Positions 17,928 to 25,509 of a DNA stretch of 64,000 nt are shown one piece after another. The stretch spans positions 1-64,000 of the forward strand of contig CAVWIH010000028.1 of assembly GCA_963755025.1 (NCBI GenBank), given 5' to 3'. Position 1 is the stretch's first letter; every line of letters begins with the position of its first letter. The position numbers were made by a program, and so were the translations under genes. Origin of the DNA: an uncultured Actinomycetes bacterium. Lineage in GTDB: Bacteria > Actinomycetota > Thermoleophilia > UBA2241. A model generated the notes under the pieces. It was not told where the DNA came from. It saw only the letters and a list, made by a program, of their open reading frames with translations, and made no database searches.

Positions 17928-18798
17928 ACAGGCGCCCGCCGGGCCGCGCCGGGCGCACCTCGCGGCGCTCTACGAGCGCGGTCTCTCCAACCGCGAGATC
18001 GCCCTCGAGCTCGGTGTCTCGGGCGAACGCATACGGCAGCTGCTGCGGCGCTACGAGATCGCCGTCGTGCCGCTGCGGGAGCGCCGTTACCGGGCGGCCA
18101 CCGGGGGCCGCGAGACGGAGATAACCGACGCGTTCCTCGAGCTGCGCAGCGACGCCGCGGTCGCGCGGGTCCTCGGCCTGGACGAGCGCCACGTGCGCCG
18201 GCTGGTCGACGCCACCGTGCCCGAAGCCGACGTGCTGCGTCGCAAGCGACGTCGTCACCGCCCGCGTCACTCAGACGACGAGCTCGTCGCGGCGCTTCGT
18301 CAGGCGGCCCTCGACCTGCCCTCGCCGCTGGGCTATCACGCCTTCAAGGAGTGGGGCGTCGGCCAGACCGGCGGGCCCACGCAGCCCGGGCCGCAGGTCG
18401 TCGCGCTGAGGTTCGGCGGCTGGCGCCGGGCGCTCGCGCGGGCCGGCCTGCCGGTCAACCAGGCCGGCGGTCCGCACCCGACCTACGACCTCGACGACGT
18501 GCTGGGCGCCATCGCCGCCGCGTGGCGCGACCTCGGGCGGGCGCCGAGCATCGCTCGCTATGAGGCGTGGCGTGGGGCGCGTCGCGGCGTGCCGGCGCCC
18601 GCTACCGCGCGGCGCTTTGGCGAGAGCTGGGACGACCTGCTGGCGGCCGCCTATCCCCTGGTCTACGCGTCCGGAGCGGCGGACGGGCGCCGGGCCGTCG
18701 GTTCACGCGCCGGCGCCGCCCCCGCCGGCCAGGCCCTCGCTACGCCGTCTCGACGCACTCGTCGAACTCATCGTGGGCCCGACGATCGGCGAACGTGA
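17908..18798 (+). CDS. HTH protein with two homing-endonuclease-associated (HNH_repeat-like) helical repeats
   Basis: GLSNREIALELGVSGERIRQ (sigma70 region 4-like HTH); HSDDELVAALR...RFGGWRRALARAGL and YDLDDVLGAI...RRFGESWDDLL; start inferred at GTG 17908. Confidence 0.72.
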   Translation: MTPHPHRQAPAGPRRAHLAALYERGLSNREIALELGVSGERIRQLLRRYEIAVVPLRERRYRAATGGRETEITDAFLELRSDAAVARVLGLDERHVRRLVDATVPEADVLRRKRRRHRPRHSDDELVAALRQAALDLPSPLGYHAFKEWGVGQTGGPTQPGPQVVALRFGGWRRALARAGLPVNQAGGPHPTYDLDDVLGAIAAAWRDLGRAPSIARYEAWRGARRGVPAPATARRFGESWDDLLAAAYPLVYASGAADGRRAVGSRAGAAPAGQALATPSRRTRRTHRGPDDRRT

Positions 18799-19303
18799 GC
18801 GCATGGATCGCGCCCAGCGCGTCGATGGCGTGACCGCCCCAGTGCTGCCCGAAGGCGACGTGCCAGCGCGCGATGGTGTCCGCGGGGATCGCTCCTTCGC
18901 TGCAGACGGCGTCTGTGGTGACCCTGCGGGCCGCGAGGTAGAGGCCCGCCAGGTCGTCGGCCAGGCAGCCCTCGCCTGAGTCTTCGTCCTCCGGGTCGTC
19001 CCCGGCGCGCGACCTGCCGTAGTGAGCCCGGCTCCCGAGGGTGGCGTGAAGCGACGTGAACAGCCGCAGCCAGGCGAGGTCGGCGATCTCGTCGGAGACC
19101 GTCACGACCGCACCGTGGCCCTGCGGCCGTGGCCCGAGGGCGGACGCCCGATAGTAGAGCTCGGCGACCGCCGGCCCGACGTCGGCGAGCAGGCTGCGGC
19201 AGGCTCGGCCCCGGTGACCGTCGATGAGCGCGCAGTACCTCCAGGCCGCCGCCTCGAGCCCGCGCGCCAGCTGCTGGTCGCGGGGCACCACGACGACGCT
19301 CAC
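18740..19303 (-). CDS. DUF5063-like protein
   Basis: YCALID, ELYYRA, LADDLAGLY, F..HWG.HA..AL..IH pattern recalled for DUF5063; GTGA-coupled to the GNAT gene. Confidence 0.65.
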   Translation of the reverse strand: MSVVVVPRDQQLARGLEAAAWRYCALIDGHRGRACRSLLADVGPAVAELYYRASALGPRPQGHGAVVTVSDEIADLAWLRLFTSLHATLGSRAHYGRSRAGDDPEDEDSGEGCLADDLAGLYLAARRVTTDAVCSEGAIPADTIARWHVAFGQHWGGHAIDALGAIHALTFADRRAHDEFDECVETA

Positions 19304-19944
19304 CAGCCCGACGCCAGCGGTGGGCGCTCGCCGCCGGCGAGCGCGCGAGCGCGTGCCGCAAGCGCCGACTGCTCGTCGGCGGCCGGCGTGTCGGTCAGAC
19401 AGGCGTTGAAGATCTCCCAGGCGCTGCGCCGCTCCTGTGGCATGGCGAAGCTCAGGTGCTTGACGAAGCGCACGCGGTGCTCGCCCGCGCCGGCGTAGTC
19501 ACGCCACGCGCTGACGCCGTCGATGACGTCGTCGCCGGGATCGATGTCGAAGCCCAGGGCGCTGTGAAAGGCGATCGACAGGTGGTTCTGCGGCGCGGTG
19601 TGCGAGCGCACCGTCCGGCAGCCGAGCAGTCCGACGACCGTGCAGAACCGCCCGTAGAGGCGGCGGCCAAGGCCGAGGTGCCGGTAGTCGGGGTGCACTC
19701 CCACGAAGTGCACGTAGGCCTCGCCGGGCGTCGTCTGCGAGACGAACCCGAGCAGAAAGCCGAGCAGCTCGCCGTCGCATTCGACGATGAAGCTGGTCGG
19801 CTGGAAGTGGACGAAGAAGACGTGCGAGAGCCGGCCGCTCATGGGGCGGCCGCCCCACCACCGGTCGATGACCGCCACGATGCGTTCGTGGTCGGCGGGC
19901 TCGACGTGGCGCAGTCGAAGCTGATCGCTGAGTTCAGGCTTCAC
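19300..19944 (-). CDS. GNAT-family N-acetyltransferase
   Basis: WWGGR, AYVHFVGVHPDYRHLGLGRRLY (acetyl-CoA motif A), N..SIAFH.ALGF; GTG start after GGGAGG. Confidence 0.88.
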   Translation of the reverse strand: MKPELSDQLRLRHVEPADHERIVAVIDRWWGGRPMSGRLSHVFFVHFQPTSFIVECDGELLGFLLGFVSQTTPGEAYVHFVGVHPDYRHLGLGRRLYGRFCTVVGLLGCRTVRSHTAPQNHLSIAFHSALGFDIDPGDDVIDGVSAWRDYAGAGEHRVRFVKHLSFAMPQERRSAWEIFNACLTDTPAADEQSALAARARALAGGERPPLASGW

Positions 19945-19977
19945 GACGGGACCTCCCGTTCGGTAAGGCGGTCCCCA

Positions 19978-20021
19978 AGCATCATGCGGGCGTGTGAGGG
20001 GACCGTGAGCCTTGCGTGGCT
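19978..20021 (-). promoter_or_regulatory. PHO-box-like promoter
   Basis: Minus strand: agccacgcaag/gctcacggtcc/cctcacacgcc-cgcat-GATGCT. Confidence 0.7.
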
Positions 20022-20059
20022 GTGGCATGAAGGCGGAGGCGGCGCTCGCGCGGCGGGCA

Positions 20060-20945
20060 TCAGGCGGCCGTCGCGCGGTCGTCGGGCGAGCCCTCGCGCT
20101 CCTCGATCTCGCGACGCCAGGGCAGTCGCGTGCCGACGCGCGCCCGCAGGCGGTAGCGCAACGACTTCTCCTGGCGCTCGATGGCGGCGCGGAGCGCCGC
20201 CATGCGCGCCTCGACGCGCATGCGCTCGTCGTCGGACAGCGCGAAGCCGGCGAGCAGGGCGGCGACCGTCTCGAGACTGGCGCGCACGTCGAAGGCCATG
20301 CCCCAGTCCTGGGCGCACGCCTTGGCGAGACGGCGCACGTCGATGCAGCGCTCGTCGTCGGTCTCGCCCAGCGGCACGTCTTTGAGCAGGGCGACGATGT
20401 CGTGCACGTCCTTTTTCGGCGAGCTCGCCCATCTGCAGCTTGGTGAGGAGGATGTCGGCCGGCGAGATGGCCACCGCGTCGATATCGAGGCGGCTGCGCA
20501 CGTCGACGTCGTGGTCCATGCGCATGATGTCGAGGAAGACGTCGACGTGGTCGGCGGCGGGCAGCGCGACGTTGGCCGGCCCCAGGGGGCGCGGCCGCTT
20601 GAGCAGGTGATCGTGCGACTCGAGCAGCCGCGCGCGCCTGACGTACTGCAACTGCGCTCCGCCCGTCGCCTGGGCGACGTGGCGGTCCTGCTCGTAGCCG
20701 AGGCCGGCAAAGGCGCGCTGCAGGCGGGCGCTCTCGCGAGAGAGACCGATGAAGTCGATGTCCGAGAACTCACGGTCCATGAACGCGAGGTCCGTGGCGT
20801 AGCGGCGTACGGCGAGCCCGCCGGTCAGGCGCAGGCGGGCGCCGTGGCGGCGGGCGGCCTCGATGATGGCCAGGGCCTCCGCCGCGAGGCGGTCGGCGCG
20901 GCGGGTCTCCGCGGTGTCGATGTGTTCCTGTGAGGACAGGGCCAT
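20060..20945 (-). CDS. Nucleotidyltransferase-fold protein, +1 frameshift in the homopolymer at 20412-20416
   Basis: LRLTGGLAV...SDIDF (GG and DxD), DVFLD, LLTKLQ..KDVHD..ALL, C..DWG; two frames join at the A5 run. Confidence 0.7.
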
Positions 20946-21006
20946 GCTCCCTCCTCGGTCCGCGAGCCGGCCGGCAGGCCGCGCCCGATACGTTCCTTCG
21001 CCAGAC

Positions 21007-21050
21007 AGTGTGGACGGCGCGCGTTGTCGTGCCGTGAAGGGCCCGTGAGA
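21007..21050 (-). promoter_or_regulatory. PHO-box-like promoter
   Basis: Minus strand: tctcacgggcc/cttcacggcac/gacaacgcgcg-ccgtc-CACACT. Confidence 0.72.
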
Positions 21051-21155
21051 TTGCGGCAATCGTGCGGCGCGGCCGCGAGAGCTTGCCGGTGCGTGCGTCG
21101 AGCACGCGCGCACCGTCGGTCCGGCCACACACGCCGGGCGCCGCCCGACCCCGCC

Positions 21156-21210
21156 CCTCACGGTCGCCTAGCGTTATCCACATCGTGCGTTAAGACGGGC
21201 TTGCGACACT
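21156..21210 (+). promoter_or_regulatory. PHO-box-like promoter
   Basis: cctcacggtcg/cctagcgttat/ccacatcgtgc/gttaagacggg-cttgc-GACACT. Confidence 0.6.
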
Positions 21211-21251
21211 TCAGCCGGAGTCGACGAGAGGTGCGAAGGAGAGGTGTGGAG

Positions 21252-22943
21252 ATGAACGGTACGCGCAGGCGCTGCCTCGCGTGGACGGCGGTGCTGGCGG
21301 CCGGGTTCGCAGCGATCTTCGCCGCGCACCCGGCTCCGGCGCAGGCGAGCCGCTGGCTGTCGGGCGACCTGAGCACCCACACCTTCCTGACCGACGGCAG
21401 GTTCCGGGAGAGCGCAGTCGTCGCCAAAGCGACGCAGGCGCTCCCCACGGGCTACGGCCTGGACTACGTCGCCGACGCTGAGCCGGGAGGGCAGTCTCTC
21501 ACCTCTGCCGACGGGCTCGCCTTCCAGCAGCCCGTCTGGCGCTGGTTGACGCTCGCCCTCTATTCGTGGCCGCTGGTCGCTCAGGCTCGAGTCGATCACC
21601 CGGGTCGCCTGGTCGTGCAGGGGCTCCAGTGGGACGCCCCGGCGCACGGCCAGGTCAGTCTGGGCGTCGTCGGAGCTGGCAACGAACCGCAGGCACTTGC
21701 CGACTTCGAGTATCGCTTCGACAGGCTCGACACCGACACGAGTCGCGCCGGCGAGAGCACCCCGGCCGTGCTCGACACGACCAAGCCCAAGCCGTACCCG
21801 ACGGTGGTACCCGCCAGGCCCATGACCAAGGACAACACGACCGCCCAGGGCACGCTCGACGGGGCCGCCTCCCTCGAGGCCGCCTACCCGACCACGAGCT
21901 ACGCCTTCGTCGACCACCCGTCTCGCGACCTGGATTGGACGATCGGCGACTTGCGCGCCCTGCAGGATGCGGCGCCCCGCGTCGTGCGCGGTTTCGAGGG
22001 CTTTCCCGGCGACCAGGCGGCCGCGGCCCGGGGCGGTTACGGCGTCTGCTTCGACGCCAGCGGCGCCGTGGTGAGCGGCCCCGACGACCCGGACTACAGC
22101 GCGGCCGAGACCCGGCTCGCGCGCACGTACGGCGGCGCCGACGCCATGGTGGCCCGCGTCGGCGGCGTCTGGGACGCGCTGCTCGGCGAGGGACGGCCGT
22201 GGTACGTGTACGGCGACAGCGAGTTCAAGTGGTGGACGGAGCGTTACAAAGACGCCCACGGGCACGTGGTCGGCGCCTCGTTCGACGACTTCTGGCCCGG
22301 CGAGTACGACAAGACGTGGACTTACGCGCGCGGCGGCGGCTACCAGGGGCTCGTGGCGGCGGTCAAGTCGGGCGACTCGTTCATCGTGAACGGCGATCTC
22401 ATCGACGCCCTCGACTTTCACGCCGCGGCGGGCACGACCACTCGCACGATGGGGCAGACGCTGAGTGTCAAAAAGGGTCGGAGAGTCGTCGTCACGATCC
22501 GCTTCAAGAGCCCTGCGGCCAACAATCATGGGACTCACGTCAAGCTCGACCACATCGATTTGATCGAGGGCGCCGTCACTCACCGCATCGCCGCGACGAG
22601 CGCCGCGTATAAGGACAGCGCCACCAACGCGTCGACCCACGTGGTGGCGACCTTCGGCCGGCGGCAGATGCGAGCGATCAAGGGGTGGGAGGTCATGACG
22701 GTCGCCTTCGTGGCGAAGGCGAACATGTACTTCCGGCTGCGCGGCACCAACCTTCCGCCCGATACGCCCAATCAGACCGACAGCGCGGGTGACCCGCTGG
22801 TCGACACGCTCACCTACACGACGGTCGCGAACCCCGACCCCGCGAGCTCCGCAGCGGCGCCGACCGTGACCATCAACACGCCCGCTCAAGCCTGGGCGGA
22901 CCTGTGGTTCTACAGCAACCCGATCTTCATCCGCGTCACGTGA
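21252..22943 (+). CDS. Secreted PHP-superfamily phosphoesterase-like protein with degenerate metal ligands
   Basis: RRR-containing signal ending AQA; WLSGDLSTHT, GGVWDALLGEGR, DFWPGEY, LWFYSNPIF. Confidence 0.7.
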   Translation: MNGTRRRCLAWTAVLAAGFAAIFAAHPAPAQASRWLSGDLSTHTFLTDGRFRESAVVAKATQALPTGYGLDYVADAEPGGQSLTSADGLAFQQPVWRWLTLALYSWPLVAQARVDHPGRLVVQGLQWDAPAHGQVSLGVVGAGNEPQALADFEYRFDRLDTDTSRAGESTPAVLDTTKPKPYPTVVPARPMTKDNTTAQGTLDGAASLEAAYPTTSYAFVDHPSRDLDWTIGDLRALQDAAPRVVRGFEGFPGDQAAAARGGYGVCFDASGAVVSGPDDPDYSAAETRLARTYGGADAMVARVGGVWDALLGEGRPWYVYGDSEFKWWTERYKDAHGHVVGASFDDFWPGEYDKTWTYARGGGYQGLVAAVKSGDSFIVNGDLIDALDFHAAAGTTTRTMGQTLSVKKGRRVVVTIRFKSPAANNHGTHVKLDHIDLIEGAVTHRIAATSAAYKDSATNASTHVVATFGRRQMRAIKGWEVMTVAFVAKANMYFRLRGTNLPPDTPNQTDSAGDPLVDTLTYTTVANPDPASSAAAPTVTINTPAQAWADLWFYSNPIFIRVT

Positions 22944-24742
22944 TGGGGACCGTCAGGAGCGCGACCGGCGACGCGCGCGGGGCGACGCTGACCGGGCGCC
23001 GCAGGCGCAGAGCGCAACGAGAGGCGCAGGGCCGCCGCCGCCGTCGTGTCGCGCTGTTCTTCGTCGCGCTGGTCCTGGCGAGCGCCGCCGTCCTTGCCGC
23101 GGGCGCCTTGCGCGCAGGCGCCGCGACGCCGTCGGGCGCCGCGACGCCGTCGGGCGCCGCTACGCCGTCGGGCGCCGCTACGCCGTCGGGCGCCGGCGCC
23201 CTGCTGAGCTCGCTCGCGGGCGCCGGCGTCGGCGACATCTTCGACGATCCGTCGGTGGTGGCCGACGACGCGACGGTGTGCGGCGCTCGCAAGTCGGCCG
23301 ACCTGTCGTTCACCGACGGCTTCGCGACCGTGCGATCGTCGCTCATCGGGGTGGCGCTCTCCTGTGAGTCGGACGTCTCGGTGAGCGACGTGAGCCTTCT
23401 TGGCGGGCTCGTCACGGCTGACTCCGTCGAGCTCGTCGCGACGGCCGACGCCGGGCCCACATCGGCCGACGCGGGCGCCGACGGTACCTACGTGAGTGGC
23501 CTCAAGATCAACGGCCGGCCGGTCGCCGCCGGACCGGGCGACATCTCGATACCGGATGTCGGTACGCTGACCGTCCTCAGCCAGACCGTCGACCAGAGCC
23601 GGCCGGCGCCGAGCGCGGTGGTCGACGGCCTCGTGCTGACGCTCGACCAGCCGGTCGGCGGCCTTGCTGCAGGCAGTGTGATCGTCGTCGGCCGGGCGAC
23701 GGCGGCGGCGGACTCCGTTACCGCCGCCGCCCTGGTCGCGCTGGCCGCCAAGCAGCGCGGGCCGACGCCGCTGCCGGCGCCGCTCCCGACCCCGACCGCG
23801 GCGGCGAAGTCGCATCACGGCGCCGCGACGGGCGGCAACTCCTCGTCTTCAGGCGGCAACTCCTCATCGTCGGGCGGCAACGCTTCATCGTCTGGCGGCG
23901 GCTCGTCGGGCGCAAGCGGCAACTCGAGCTCCGGCGGCAGCGTCGCCGACAGCACGATGGCGGCGCCGGCGCCGCCCACCAAAGCGATCCTCGCGCGCTT
24001 TCCGGGCGCCGTGTTCCCGGTCAAGGGCGCCGTGAGCTACACCGACACCTTCGGCGCCTACCGCGCCGACATGAAGGGCCATCGCCACGAGGGCAACGAC
24101 ATCTTCGCCAAGATGGGCACGCCGATCGTCGCGGTGCTGGCCGGCACCATCCGCTACAGCACGTACGGCATCGGCGGCAACAACGCGCACCTGACCGACG
24201 CTCACGGTGACTACTTCTACTACGCGCACATGGAGCGCTTCGCGGCGGGGCTCAAGTCGGGCGACCACGTTCACGCGGGAGAGGTGATCGGCTACGTCGG
24301 CGAGACCGGCGACGCGGCGGGCACCTCGCCGCACTGCCACTTCGAGATCCACCCGAACGGCGGCGCCGCGATCGACCCCTACCCCTACCTGCAAGCATGG
24401 CGGGCGACGGCGCTGGGAGTCGCGCCCGCCCCCAGCATCCCGGTCGCGACGCTCAGCGAAGCCGGGGTCGGCATTCCCCTCGCGACCATACTGGCGCGGC
24501 GCGGCGTGATCGTCGGCGTCGAGTTCGGCCGCGCCGGCGCGGCGCTGGGCCGCAGCGTGGCGCGCTCGTCCGACCTGCCGCGGCTCGACGGCCTGGAGCT
24601 CCTCCTGTTCGTCTCGTCGCTGGGCGGCATCAGGGCGATCAAGCGCCTGCGGGAACCCGCGATCCCGGCTCTCCTCGCCGACCACGAGACGGTCGTGCGG
24701 CGCACCGTGGTGATCGCCGAGCGCACGCTCACCAAGTCCTAA
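22943..24742 (+). CDS. M23 metallopeptidase with N-terminal beta-rich domain and Ser/Gly linker
   Basis: HEGND (HxxxD), YYAH, GYVGETG, HCHFEIH (HxH); N-terminal TM; TGATG overlap with the preceding gene. Confidence 0.88.
   Translation: MGTVRSATGDARGATLTGRRRRRAQREAQGRRRRRVALFFVALVLASAAVLAAGALRAGAATPSGAATPSGAATPSGAATPSGAGALLSSLAGAGVGDIFDDPSVVADDATVCGARKSADLSFTDGFATVRSSLIGVALSCESDVSVSDVSLLGGLVTADSVELVATADAGPTSADAGADGTYVSGLKINGRPVAAGPGDISIPDVGTLTVLSQTVDQSRPAPSAVVDGLVLTLDQPVGGLAAGSVIVVGRATAAADSVTAAALVALAAKQRGPTPLPAPLPTPTAAAKSHHGAATGGNSSSSGGNSSSSGGNASSSGGGSSGASGNSSSGGSVADSTMAAPAPPTKAILARFPGAVFPVKGAVSYTDTFGAYRADMKGHRHEGNDIFAKMGTPIVAVLAGTIRYSTYGIGGNNAHLTDAHGDYFYYAHMERFAAGLKSGDHVHAGEVIGYVGETGDAAGTSPHCHFEIHPNGGAAIDPYPYLQAWRATALGVAPAPSIPVATLSEAGVGIPLATILARRGVIVGVEFGRAGAALGRSVARSSDLPRLDGLELLLFVSSLGGIRAIKRLREPAIPALLADHETVVRRTVVIAERTLTKS
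23117..23194 (+). repeat. 18-bp coding tandem repeat x4 (GAATPS)
   Basis: ggcgccgc(g/t)acgccgtcg units. Confidence 0.9.
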
Positions 24743-24759
24743 CGTTGCCGGGCTATACT
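24727..24759 (+). promoter_or_regulatory. PHO-box-like autoregulatory promoter of phoPR
   Basis: gctcaccaagt/cctaacgttgc-cgggc-TATACT. Confidence 0.75.
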
Positions 24760-24801
24760 CGTGCGGCGACGTAGCGCGTCAACCGTGATCTGAGGGGTGC
24801 G

Positions 24802-25506
24802 ATGTCCAAGGAGTCCATCCTCGTCGTCGACGACGAACGGGAGATCCTCGAACTGGTCAAGTACAACCTGGCCAAAGAGGGCTACAGCGTGGTCTGCGTG
24901 GAGACCGGCGAAGACGCCCTGAGCGCCGCCCGCCTCAAGCTGCCCGACCTCGTGCTGCTCGATCTCATGCTGCCCGGCGTCGACGGCCTCGAGGTCTGTC
25001 GCAAGCTCAAGTCCGACCCCAAGACCCAGGATATCCCCGTCGTCATGCTGACCGCCAAGGGCGGCGAGGCCGACATCGTGGCGGGCCTCGAGCTGGGCGC
25101 CGACGACTACGTCACCAAGCCCTTCAGCCCGCGCGTGCTCACGGCGCGCGTCAAGGCGGTGCTGCGCCGCGACCAGTCCGACAACGCCGACGGCCAGGCC
25201 ACCATCAAGATCAGCGAGCTCGTCATCCACCCGGGCCGTCACCAGGTGCTCGTGGCGGATCGTCCGGTCGACCTGACGGCCTCGGAGTTTCGCATACTGC
25301 TCTTCATGGCCCGCAAGCCGGGCTGGGTCTTCACCCGTCAGCAGATCGTCGATGCCGCGCAGGGCGACGACGTGTACGTGAACGAACGGTTCGTGACCGA
25401 TCGCTCGGTCGACGTCCACATCGTCTCGCTGCGCCGCAAGCTCGGTCCGTGCGGCGGTTACATCGATACCGTGAGGGGCGTGGGCTACAGACTCAAAGAC
25501 GAGTGA
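24802..25506 (+). CDS. phoP: OmpR/PhoB-family response regulator (phosphate regulon)
   Basis: VVDDE, LLDLMLP, GADDYVTKPFS, RSVDVHI..LRRK, TVRGVGY; adjacent to the pst genes. Confidence 0.9.
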   Translation: MSKESILVVDDEREILELVKYNLAKEGYSVVCVETGEDALSAARLKLPDLVLLDLMLPGVDGLEVCRKLKSDPKTQDIPVVMLTAKGGEADIVAGLELGADDYVTKPFSPRVLTARVKAVLRRDQSDNADGQATIKISELVIHPGRHQVLVADRPVDLTASEFRILLFMARKPGWVFTRQQIVDAAQGDDVYVNERFVTDRSVDVHIVSLRRKLGPCGGYIDTVRGVGYRLKDE

Positions 25507-25509
25507 GTC

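Noticed and set aside
17908-18798. Active homing endonuclease or mobile element
   Set aside because: No HNH or other catalytic motif, and no transposase, integrase or terminal repeats seen in the window
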